Source: Stylophora pistillata (lineage: Eukaryota). From it: a stretch of DNA of 64,000 nucleotides. Under the pieces are notes generated by a model. The model saw only the letters and a list, made by a program, of their open reading frames with translations. It made no database searches and was not told the origin of the DNA. The stretch is from assembly GCF_002571385.2 (NCBI RefSeq), contig NW_019218004.1, positions 347,241 to 411,240 on the forward strand, read 5' to 3'. This document shows positions 37,487-49,400 of the stretch, piece by piece; positions within the stretch are counted from its first letter, which is position 1, and each line of letters opens with the position of its first letter. Both the position numbers and the translations under genes were made by a program.

Positions 37487-40400
37487 ATGGCGGAAAAGGA
37501 CTTTCAACCGTTGACACAGAATGTTGTTCGTGGTTTGAACGATAAGCTTTACGATAAACGTAAAACAGCGGCGTTAGAAATTGAGCGGTGAGCATGTGAA
37601 GTCATGACCTGTTTTTAGGGAACAGGCGTACTCGTAGTTGTGATCTTGTTGTGAGTCGTCAAATCGCGTGATTATTTTTGGATATCTCTTACTCAATTTT
37701 CGTTTATTTATGTGCTGTGTACCTCTGCAAAGAGGGAAATCGTAACAAACTAAACTTTAGTTCGCCGATCAGGTGAGGCGCTCCGCTAAAATGTTTGCAA
37801 ATGAGGTACCTTTCTCACTTGTTGAAATGTTTGTTTTTTCTTTGCTTCCTCGTCGTGAATTCTTCTGTTCAATTGCTTTAGAATGGTAAAAGAATTTGTG
37901 GCTAGTAATGATGTGAGGCAAATTAAACGACTGACTGCTGTGCTCGCTGAAGAATTTGCAGTTTCACACAACAATCACTCAAGAAAGGGAGGTCTTATTG
38001 GACTAGCCGCTACTGCTATAGCTCTGGGAAAGGTAACGATATTTTGCTTTCTTCTAATTGATTTGTGATCGATGTTTGGTTGTTGTTTTTAATTGTCAAG
38101 GGCTTAAACACTACTCTAATGTTATTGAAGGTCAGTTTATGTTTAAAGTGCTACTGAAACGTAATTTTCATATCCGAGATTTTTGCAATATAATAGAGTT
38201 TGAACGTTATTTGCAAACGCTGTGTACTTTTTTTGGACCAACGCATACCGGAAAGTACATTTTTAAGCATTCGAAGTTGACAGACTGAGATCAAAATTGG
38301 CGGCCATGTTGGCGCGGCCAAAACAGCCCTGTGACGTCACTGGTTGTGTACTTCTGTGAAAGAAGGGTAAAAGCATGGAGTGTGGCTTGCATGTTGGGAG
38401 GCCGAAAAAGAGGATTTCGGGCAAAATGCCATCCTCTTCTTATTCATCGGCGGCCACATCGGCATCTTGGCTATCTGCGAGAGGTTCGCCTGGATAGGAA
38501 GCAAAATTCCCGACTGATACCGAGAACGAATCTCTACCAGTCTATATAGTTAATCGGCAACTGACGAGATCCACCNNNNNNNNNNNNNNNNNNNNNNNNN
38601 NNNNNNNNNNNNNNNNNNNNNNNNNNNNNCGAATACAAACAAACAGTGAGTGAAATAAACCACGCTATCGGACTGAACACAACCAGTGACGTCATCAATC
38701 CATTTCGCTCGGTACCAGGGCCCGGACATGGTTTTGTGTAAAATTTTTGATTTGAACGGTTAAAAAAGATATCTTTCGCTTCTTTTTGGCCAAAGCAAAT
38801 TATCTCATGACGATCAGCGTATTCAAAACTACAGGTTAGACCAAATATTTCAGATACGAAAATTTCGTTTCAGTAGCACTTTAAGGAAGTTTAATACATT
38901 GGTCTCGCTACCCCTAAGGTAGCGGTAATGACTAGTTACTAGATAGTCTGCATTTTGCACAATTGCTCTGGACCGGGTTGATCAAAGCTGCGTTAAGATA
39001 ACCCAGGATTAAAGTGAAATCTGATCTCAGATCTGAAAGCTTAAAAGAAAATTCAGTATGGTTCTTTTTGTCTAGACTTTGATGATTGGATGCTCTAAAA
39101 ATAATGTAGAAATCATATACCAAAAAGGTTTTTTTGTCACAAAGGAATAAAGAAACCCAGGTTAAAATTAACCCTGGTATAGGGCTAATCTGCCTTTCAA
39201 ATAACTGGGTCCCACTGGTTATAGAGAATTTGTGTCATAACCCACTATAATCACCTCATGCAAGGTGTTACGTAGGTGTTACTGAGGAATTGTTGGATGT
39301 GATAAAGAAACTTCAATTTGGAACATTTTTCTTGCTATTCTCCTGTTATAGTACTTTCTACTGAAAACTCTTAATAACTCTTAGACAAAGATTTCTGAGG
39401 GCATTTTGAAAAAAAAATTTAGCTAAAAAATTTTCAAAGAGCTGCGAATTGAAGACCTACTGTTTATTTACTATCATAACGATATTTGGTAACTTTGTAT
39501 TTTGATTGTAATGCCGTTGTGAGTTAAAACTTTTCAATGTAATGTTCTTTCCAGGATGCTGGTCTATATTTGAAAAGTCTTATACCTCCAGTGTTGACCT
39601 GTTTCTATGATCAAGACAGTAGGGTTCGTTATTATGCCTGTGAAGCACTTTTCAACATTGCCAAGGTTGCAAGAGGCTCAGTGTTACCATTTTTCAATGA
39701 TATATTTGATGGGCTGAGCAAGGTGAGTCAAAGTTAAACTACAGATAGTCAACAGCAAAAATGCCCTTAAGACATGTGCTTTGATACACACTTTTTTGGG
39801 GGGGGGGGGGTGAAACATGAAAAATGTGTAAAGCTTTTGCATGTGTGCTAGCAATTAACTTTTAAGCTGTAATGCAGTTAAAGCTTCTATAATTATAATA
39901 ATAGTTTGGGCTAGGGGTTTCTTTTCACTTGTCACAATGGATGTTTTCCGTGGTACCAAGGAGGAAACATATAGGGATTATGAAATATTGTACAGATTAA
40001 AGTCCTACATTGGGTGATTGAATTTTGTCAGTTCATAATGGATGTATAAGTGGTAATTGAATATGCAATTTTGTTCTGAAATAATTTTTGCGATTTCAAA
40101 TCAAACTGAAACTGCATGCTCATCTGATTTTGAAATCACACGTATGGTTTCAGACCAAATTGCACTGCACTCAGTTTGATTACCATAATCAATTGCACCC
40201 TAAGTTGGCAATTATTCCATCATGTTTATCTCTAATTAAAGTTAAACTGAGATTAACAATTAATATGTTTTTAATACCTGTTGGTTGTGGGAATGTTGAG
40301 CCCTAAGTTGTAACTTACAGGAACCTCTAAAAATGCTTCAAGGGGAAATGGGTTAAAAGGTTTAGACTACTGTATACCTTCATGTTATATCATGTGTCCA

Positions 40401-43400
40401 TCATGCAGGTAGGGTTAGATGCACTTCTTTTAAACTTAGATCTCATGTTTTTTTCTTTCAGCTTGCTGCTGATCCTGATATGAATGTAAAAAATGGAGCT
40501 GAGCTACTTGACAGATCAGTTAAGGTACCAGTAAACCTTTTCACCCCAGCATCGTTCAGTATACCGTAAAAGCCTGCAGATAAGCTGCACCCTGAATTTA
40601 ACAGCTCAAATTTTGGAAAAAAAGTATTTTGAAAGAATTCAAAAGAAATCTGAAGTCGAGTCTTGAGAAGTCTTCTTCATCCACTGTTCGATTTGAACGT
40701 AAACTCAGTAATAACATTGCAACAGAAAATACTTCAAAGTCTTACCCACAATTTTTAGCATCTTAATATAATGAACATGTTTCTATCAGCTTTGACATCT
40801 GATTGGTCTTATTCTGGGATTTGTTGACAGGAATTTCTTCACTCAACACAGTCTTTCCCTAGATTTTTGCATTACAACAAGAACACAAGCAGAACATTAG
40901 AAGCTTAGTAACCAGGCATTAGATCGGCCGCGAAAATGGAAATTGGCATCCGCATTCATGACACCTTTTTCAAATGTTCCTGCAGATAAGCCACACCCCT
41001 AATTTCTAGCGACGACTTTTGGGAAAAAAGTGCGGCTTATACGCGGGCTTTTACAATATATATTCTCCATGGCCTTCTCTGTTTATTTCTAGTGGTATTT
41101 ACAAGGAGAATTTGTTTGACAATCAAGAGGTTGTTTAGTTGGCAACCATTTCTTTTATCCCTCTTACTCAAATGTTTGATATAGCAGTAGCACTGTAAGG
41201 GGAATTCAGATATTAGTCACTTTTAGTATATACTAAAACAGTGGATAGCACTGAAGGTGCGCCCTGATTGGCTAGTCAAACTCCGAATATCCTTTGCTAT
41301 TTACCTCCGAGCAACTCTGGAAAAAATTGTGTCCCGGTTTGCATCCTTGACAAGCGAAGAAATCACTCAAATTAACAATGGTGGTGTATATTATCTCACT
41401 GTTTTAGTATAATTATACTAAAACGACTATTCACCTCAGTGTCGGTGGTTAGCAGTGGATATCGCAGCTCTGTAAATATCCACCACTAACCACCTCCACT
41501 TCGGTGAATAGTTGTTAATTATGCATCAGAGGGTTAACCGAGAAGTAGTTCACTAGCTTGTAACTTCTCTTGAAAGAAAATATGCGGCAACTCTTTGTTG
41601 AAGGATACGCTCAGCCACTTGAGGTTCGAATTTTGTCCTTTTAATGTTGAGAACTTCTTTCACCTCGGTTCAATAGTAAGTTTTTCTTGTTTTTAGATTA
41701 CAACAACAGTAAATGTAATGAAGAACAAAGAAAATGAAAGTGAAACTGGTCTGAAAAAATTTGAACAGAGAAATATCTGAACCCGGAAGTGAGAAACTTA
41801 TCCCTTAACCTCTAGTTAAAGACCAAATTCTCTGATTAACTAGTTTTGAAAGAAATGTGTAACAGCAAGGTGTGGAAACTCTAACTAATATCTTGTGAGT
41901 ATTGGGGTTAGGAGAAGAATAACACAAAAGTTTACTGGTAAATAGACTGAATACTACCAGATAAACTTGTACTTCTACTGAAGATGGTGAAAATGAACTA
42001 ATTGACCACTACCATTAACTGGCTACTAAGTTTTTTTTTTACTAAGTTTTTTTTTTATGTTCTGAGTTTTTTCACCCTTGAATAAAAATGCAAAGGCCAA
42101 GAGAATAAATGGTTAAGATAATCATCAATTTAAGAAGCTCTTGATCTTCAAATGAATTCTAGGAAATGTAGAGATAATTGTGTGAAGAATATGAAGAATG
42201 TTAGGTTGTGAAGGTGTTCTTGGAAATCACAGTTACATTGTACAGTTACCGGTATATGTGCCATGTTAAGAATCTGAAATATTCTATTTCCTCTGCAGGA
42301 TATTGTGACAGAAAGCTCCTCATTTGACCTAGTTTCCTTCATTCCATTGTTGAGGGACAGAATTTACACAGCCAACCCATTTGCAAAACAATTCTTGGTC
42401 TCGTGGGTGAGTACAAAGGTCTTATACCACTGCTAATTAGGAGATGCATACATCTTATTGAAAAGTTGAACTGAGATATGATATGATTTGAATATAAAAT
42501 TGACTCTGGGCATGTGTTCTTTATTCAGTTGATGGTGCTTGATGCTGTTCCAGATTTGGATCTTGTTGCACATCTTCCAGAATTCCTTGATGGTCTCTTC
42601 AACATTTTCAAGGACCGCAATCCTGAGATAAGGAAAATGTTAGTTGTTATATTGTACATTTAAAATAATTATAGCCATTATGAAACCTGAGTGTTAAAAG
42701 TAACTTATGAATTGAATGGAAGACATCAAGGAGAATAACTAATAATATTTTGGGAGTGAAAGGGTTTCAGTACCACTCAGGTATATATATCTTATAAGAC
42801 GTTTTGTTGTGTAGTATTGCTGAGTATTTTTACGAGTTGTGCTGTATTTTGACGAGCCTATAGGGTGAGTGGAGGAACGTAACGAGGACGAGCCCATAGG
42901 GTGAATCAAAATACAAATAATGAGTAAAAATACTCAGCGATACTACACAACAAAACATCTAATAAGTTATTTATTATCCAACACGCCAAACTGTTATTTC
43001 AGTGCGGGCGAATTTCGCGGATATTTATTTATGGGTAGTGCATGACAGAAGTATGCGAAGCGGAACAGAATTGGTGCGTTGTTGTGTTGCTGTTTCTATT
43101 TTCTTCAATAAATGAAGAAATTTCCAGGTTGTCTAGCTGTCTTTCTTCGTTTAATTTATCCAATAAACTTGGATGTATATTTGCCAGCCATTCTAACTCT
43201 TCGTCGTCGGAAATATGATTTAAATTGTCCGCCATTTTTTTTATTTGTAACTACAATTCAATTCTTTGCTTGCACGTTGCGAGAAAACCTGTTTAACCCG
43301 TACTCTAGAGTACAAATACTACGTGATATTTGTACTCGTCTATGGCGTTATTTGTACTCTATGAAGTGTAGTTGGATAATAAATGTTAATTGCACAGACA

Positions 43401-46400
43401 CATTTTTTATGCTCAGACCTAGGGTACTATGATTTTTATGTACACACAAACAAAAGGCATGCATGACTTATGTGTCTTTGTTATTCAGTGCTCTTAAGTT
43501 TCCTTTGTGATACATTGCTGTGTTAGTAAAACAAAGAACTTTCGGGTTTGAAAAAGGTGGTGACTGTTCTGTTTTGTAGGTGTGAAGCTGCACTTGGTGA
43601 GTTCCTGAGAGGAATCAAGAGGGAAACCAAGAATGTTAATTTTGCTGACATGGTCAATATTTTGGTTATCCATTCACAGTCAGAGGGTAGGATCATTTTG
43701 AAAGTTTCTATCTGTGGAACCTCAGTTACTAGACAGTCTTGATGATGTTAGTAAGAACACAGTTATAGAAAAGTTTTTTCTTATCTTTCCAGATGAGGTC
43801 ATTCAATTTACTGCTATTACTTGGCTGAGGGAGTTCATCACACTATCAGGACGGACTCTGCTGCCCTTTAATGCAGGAATTTTAAAAGCAATATTGCCTT
43901 GTATGGCATATGATCAAGATAAACAGAATATCCTTTAGTGATAGCACTGTTATCGTGGCTTTGTGTGAAGACTCTCTTTCTTCCATGCCTATCTGATTAA
44001 CATTCTTTTTCCTGTGGGGAGGACAGGAAGGAGGGGGGGTGTGGAAGGGAGGGAGAAACCTCACTTTTCTCCCTTGCCTTTTGCACTTTTGACCGTCATG
44101 TCCTTTTGTGAATTACTCTATATGCGGGAAGGACACAGAATGGGATAGGGAGAAACATTTGCTTCCCTTATCTCTACCCTCCCTTTGCCTTTTGCCTCTT
44201 TAACTCTCATGTCCTCTTGTAAATAGCAAAACTTTGTGCACTCCACCTTGACTCTCCAATTTCTTCCACCCCACCTGCTCATCCCCTCCCCCTTTTTCCC
44301 TCTACTTACACCTGTGTCTGCTTCAGTTTTCCTCTGGTGCTGCTATGGTAGAAGTCAGCAAAATCAGCCTTGAACTTTCTTAGTGAGGCTGCCTTTCAAG
44401 GATATGTATTTGGCCCACGTGCCAGGTAATGTTGACAGGTGCAGTGTACCTCTGACCATTTTAAACTTAGTTAATCATGAATCAAAGCTCTGTCCTTGAC
44501 AGTTTTTCACATATCAAAGAAGTGGCCAAGACAGTCAATCAAAGTCTAATGCGACTAATCACAGAAGATGACGACAAGGATGTTGATAGTGACACTGTGT
44601 CTATGGATTGCGACAATGACTTTGTACAGCCTCAAACTCAAACTCAGCTGGATCTTGGTCCAGTAGTAAATGTACTAACAGTGCAGTTGTCACACAAGTC
44701 TATACAAACCAGGATAGCTGTATTACGATGGGTGTTATTGCTTCACATGAAGACACCCAACAAGGTGAGTCTAATAATCATTCTGGATTATTCAGCCCCT
44801 TTGCCCTTCAAGATCTCCTTCATAATTCTTCTTACTGTCTGCTTTACAATTCTTATATAATGTTGTTTTGAGAATTTGGTATTGGATCAACAAATGTATG
44901 GTATTGATATTCTAAGGAGAAATTCTGTCCTGGTCACTAACGTTATGTATGTCTGTTAACCCTTCAATTCGCAAGATATGATTTTTATTTTTCCCTTCTA
45001 GCAGCTACACATTTTCTCATCAATTAGTCACGAGTTTGGTGTTAGATAGTTCAAAATAACAACCTCTACCTGATAAGTTTGAGTATTCTCGTGACCTGTT
45101 TGCTAGATAATGTTTGGATAAAATTATTATAGGGAGAAGTAGCATGTTAGTCACCTCTGGGAATTATAGTAATGATAATAATAATAATAATAATAAATGT
45201 TTATTCACAATCAATAAAAAGTGAAAAGGAGATAAAAGAGGTTATCCCTTTCAAGTGTATCTCCTGATAAAATAGAGTACAACATTAATTTAGATACAAC
45301 TATATAATTTATATAATACATCAAAAATGAGAACTCAGTCAATTCTTAAAAATATTCAAGTTTGCTGCCTCAGCAACTTCCTTTGGCAGATTATTCCAGC
45401 TATTAATTATACATATAAAAAATGAATATTTAAAACTATTTAAGGTCGCTGATGCAAACTTAAGTTTAAAACGGTGATTGGCTCTTAAAGGCCAAAAATT
45501 GTGTACAATCATGAAAAATGCTGAGGGATCAAGTCCATTAAGTCTATTTATTGTCTTATAACACTCAGTGAGTGATGAGAATAATCTTCTTTACTCAAAT
45601 GTTGGCCATTTAAAAAGTTTCAAGCGCTCTTCATAGGTCATATCTTGCCCAATTTTTTTTAGGGGCTGCTAATATTTTTATTTTGAAGAAACTGTGTTGG
45701 TAGAGACTTAGTCTTGTACATTTGACTTTGTAGCCCTGTGATCACACTTCAATATTTTCAAAAAGTATATTTATTTAGTAATCAAACCAAGGATTGAATT
45801 TGATGCCAGAGTCAGTTATAACTTCCTCTGTGGTATTTAATGGGTGAAATGAGAGTGACATGATGCTTGTAGTGGGGAAGAATCTTGGCTTTTATACTGG
45901 AAATGGTTGCTTCAGTCTTACAGTTGTGTAAGGTGTTTCTAGAGCCTGGGCATTTCTAAATTTGTGTGATGGTGCGTTTACACTGAAATGTAAAATATGT
46001 TGCAGATATTTGGTCAAATTGAGCAGCTTTTCCCAGAACTTTTGAAGACCTTGTCAGATCCATCAGATGAGGTAAGAGGGGCCCAGTGGGGTCACACTTG
46101 ACTCTGGATCAATAGTTAAAGTCTTGTCAATGTGTAAATGAAAGTATATAATACTTGCATTTTTCTTTAGGTTGTTCTTCTTGTCCTAGAAGCACTTGCA
46201 GAGATTTCAGCCTCTCCAGCTGGTCCTCCGAGGAACAGCCCCTCTCAGAGCATATCCGAAGGAAGCTCCCCAGGCTCGGAGCAGAATGCTGCCCCTCACA
46301 GGCAGCTCAATAAATACTTTCATAAGTTCATGAACAATGTCATGTCACTTTTTAGAACTGATAGGAAACTTTTGGAGGAGAGAGGTTCTTTTATTTTAAG

Positions 46401-49400
46401 GTAATGCTTATTTTTTTAGGGAAATCATCAGCTGAGTAGGTTGTTGATGTAATGTGAACAGTTTGGCAAAAAAAAGGTTCATCCTCGGTGTAAAAACCTG
46501 ACGAGGTTTTCTTTGTTTCATGAGGTATTGTTTTGCTGTACGCTATTGTTTATAATGTTTTGTTGTCTTTGTTTTACGTCACTCGTGAGCTTCACTGGTT
46601 TTTACACCGAGGATGAGCCCAAAAAAATGATCGAATTATGTGAACATTGCAAAGTGGCTGTTATCCGCCCAGCAATTGTCCATTTTTGTCACATTCTACT
46701 CATACTATAAGCCTGCCCTTTGTTGTGTGTGAGATATTGTTAATAATTTGGCTTAGAATTAATAAAGTATGTGGAATAGCCCATCCTTTCTCCCCATTAA
46801 CAATGTACTGTGCTGGGGACCTTTTCTTGAAGGTCCTGGCAACTTAACAAGCCCAAAAAGCAGTTCTGTTTTCATTCATGATGTGGGTTTCAAAAGGTTT
46901 AAAAATATTGAATAAAGAAACTAGATAGCTGAAGAAGTTACAGCTTTATCTTAAGAAACAAAATGGACTGGCTAGGGTGTGAGAAACTGCTTCTCTGTTC
47001 CTAAAAATATTGATTTTAATATGGTTTTCAGCCCATTCAGTGACTGACTTTCTAGAAATGGGCCCTAATGGTTTGTTGTGATTAATTTTTTTGCAAAAGT
47101 GTGGTGATAATTACTAATTATTGAAGCTTAGTTACTCATTTATCTCTTTGAGAAGCCAAACTGTTTCTGTCCAATGTCTTAGTATTTTAGAACACTAAGA
47201 GTTCTTAGGCTTAACTGGTGTCTTTTTTGTTCTTTTTCTTTGTACAGACAGCTTTGTCTTTTGTTAAATGCAGAGGACATATACAGAGCAATGTCGGAAA
47301 TACTCCTTCAAGAAAATGACTTCCAATTTGCATCACTAATGGTGCGGTATTTGAATATGATTCTACTCACATCCAGTGAATTGTTTGACCTAAGAGATCA
47401 GCTGAGGGAGCTGGCAACAGCAGTAAGCATTTTAGTTATAAAATTTTTTACTATAATTATTATTTATATTTATTTATTATAATATTTTAAACTTATCTCA
47501 TAATTAGGATATATTTAGCTAGTGGGTGATTAACTGTGATTATGATATTCATATGTTTCCAGGAGAGCTGTTCTCTATTCTGCTGTCTATACCAGTCTTG
47601 GTGTCATAACCCTGTGGCAACAGTATCCCTGTGTTTACTTACACAGAACTACCAACATGCCTGTGAACTGCTGATGATCTTGTATCCTTATTATGCCCAG
47701 ATAGTAACTGTGGAATCATTTGTCTGGCCTCAGTCTTGCTCCACTCAGTAGTTTGAACAGGTCAGAAAACCGATACAGAAAATAAATGAAGTGGGGTGGA
47801 GAGGAGGTGTGTGTATGTGTGTGTGTGGGGGGGGGGGAAGGGGAGGGGATTGGAGGCAAGGGAGTTTGGAGTTACCCTGTGATGGACTACACACTTTACA
47901 CACTTTATTTTCTTTTTCTTACAAAATAATTTAGATTATGTTGACCCGCAGATAGCAAATTTGCTATTCGAGGCGGGTCAATCATCAACAAACATTATTT
48001 ACAATATATAAAGAAAATTAAAAACTAAATAATTAGATATTGTTAAATTATAAAAAGAAGCATAGCTGGCAAATACATCAATAGTTGTTCAATAAAGTAT
48101 AGAAGCAAATACATTAGTACTGAAAGCAATCGGATCAATTTGTTTTAATTATGCAGTCCTTAAGTTTAGAGGAGATCTTTTCAACATCAAGATAAGAATC
48201 TTCATTATCTAGTATCTGAAATAAAGACGTTTTAATTTGTTTATTAAAGGAATGTTTTGATAACGTTTTGAATTCTTTCGGTATCTTATTCCAAATTTTG
48301 ACACCAACACGCGAGAAAGCCTTTTTTTGTAGGTTAAGTCTAGAGTACTTTGTACTAAAGAGCTGCGATTTGGATGATCGAGTATTGTAGGTATGAATAT
48401 GAGATGTTTTAGTAAATAGTTTCAAAATATTAATGGGAGCCCTCTGGTTGTGCACGTCAAACATAAGTTTACTTACGGCTTCATAATATAGGAACGTAAC
48501 AGGCAGAATTTTTGCTTTGGCAAATAAAGGGATGGCATGCTCTCTTCGATCGGTGAAATAGATTAAGCGCAAAACTCGCTTTTGAAGAACTAAAATCTTG
48601 TTTAAATAAGCATTTGACGCATTGCCCCAGGCAAGGAGTCCATAAGTTATATAAGGTAGAATTAATGAATTGTAAATATTTACAAGGATAGTAGAGGGAA
48701 CGAAGTACCTCAGCTTTGCAATCATCCCTATTGTTTTACTTATTTTTACGATAACAGAGTCAACATGGTTTTTCCATGACAAATTTTGATCAATTAAAAC
48801 GCCTAGATATTTGATATAACTTTTTTGCTCTAAACTAACTCTTCGGTTTGTCTCACAATCTAAAATACCTATTTGTGGAGAAAAATGCATTTTTTTCTGA
48901 TGAGGACGAAAAATTAAGAAATTTGATTTTTTTGTATTCAATGTCAACCTATTTGTAGTTAACCAGTCATGTACGTTATTCAACTCTACATTAACCGTTT
49001 GCTCGATCGCCTTAAGATTCTTATCAGCATAAAGTATATTAGTATCATCCGCAAAGAGATAAAATTTTAGTTTATCAGAACAAAGGTGAATGTCATTTAT
49101 GTAAAGTAAAAATAGAAGAGGTCCAAGGACTGATCCCTGGGGGACACCACAGGGGGAGATAAGTTTTGTTGATAAATGCTCTCCAATCTGAATTGTTTGT
49201 GTTCTATTTTTTAAATATGATTGAAACCAGTCATTTATCAATCCACGGAAACCGTAAAAGTTCAATTTATCGAGTAATATTTCATGATTGACCGTATCAA
49301 ATGCCTTTTTCAGGTCAATAAAGACACCGCATGAGAAGTACCGTTTATCCATATTACGTAGTATATCTTCGACAATATCAAGTACTGCATGCTCTGTGGA

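Noticed and set aside
47622-47630. GTATCCCTG as an additional U12 donor
   Set aside because: It lies inside conserved VAC14 coding sequence (ATVSLC) and is a poorer match than GTATCCTTA at 47682.
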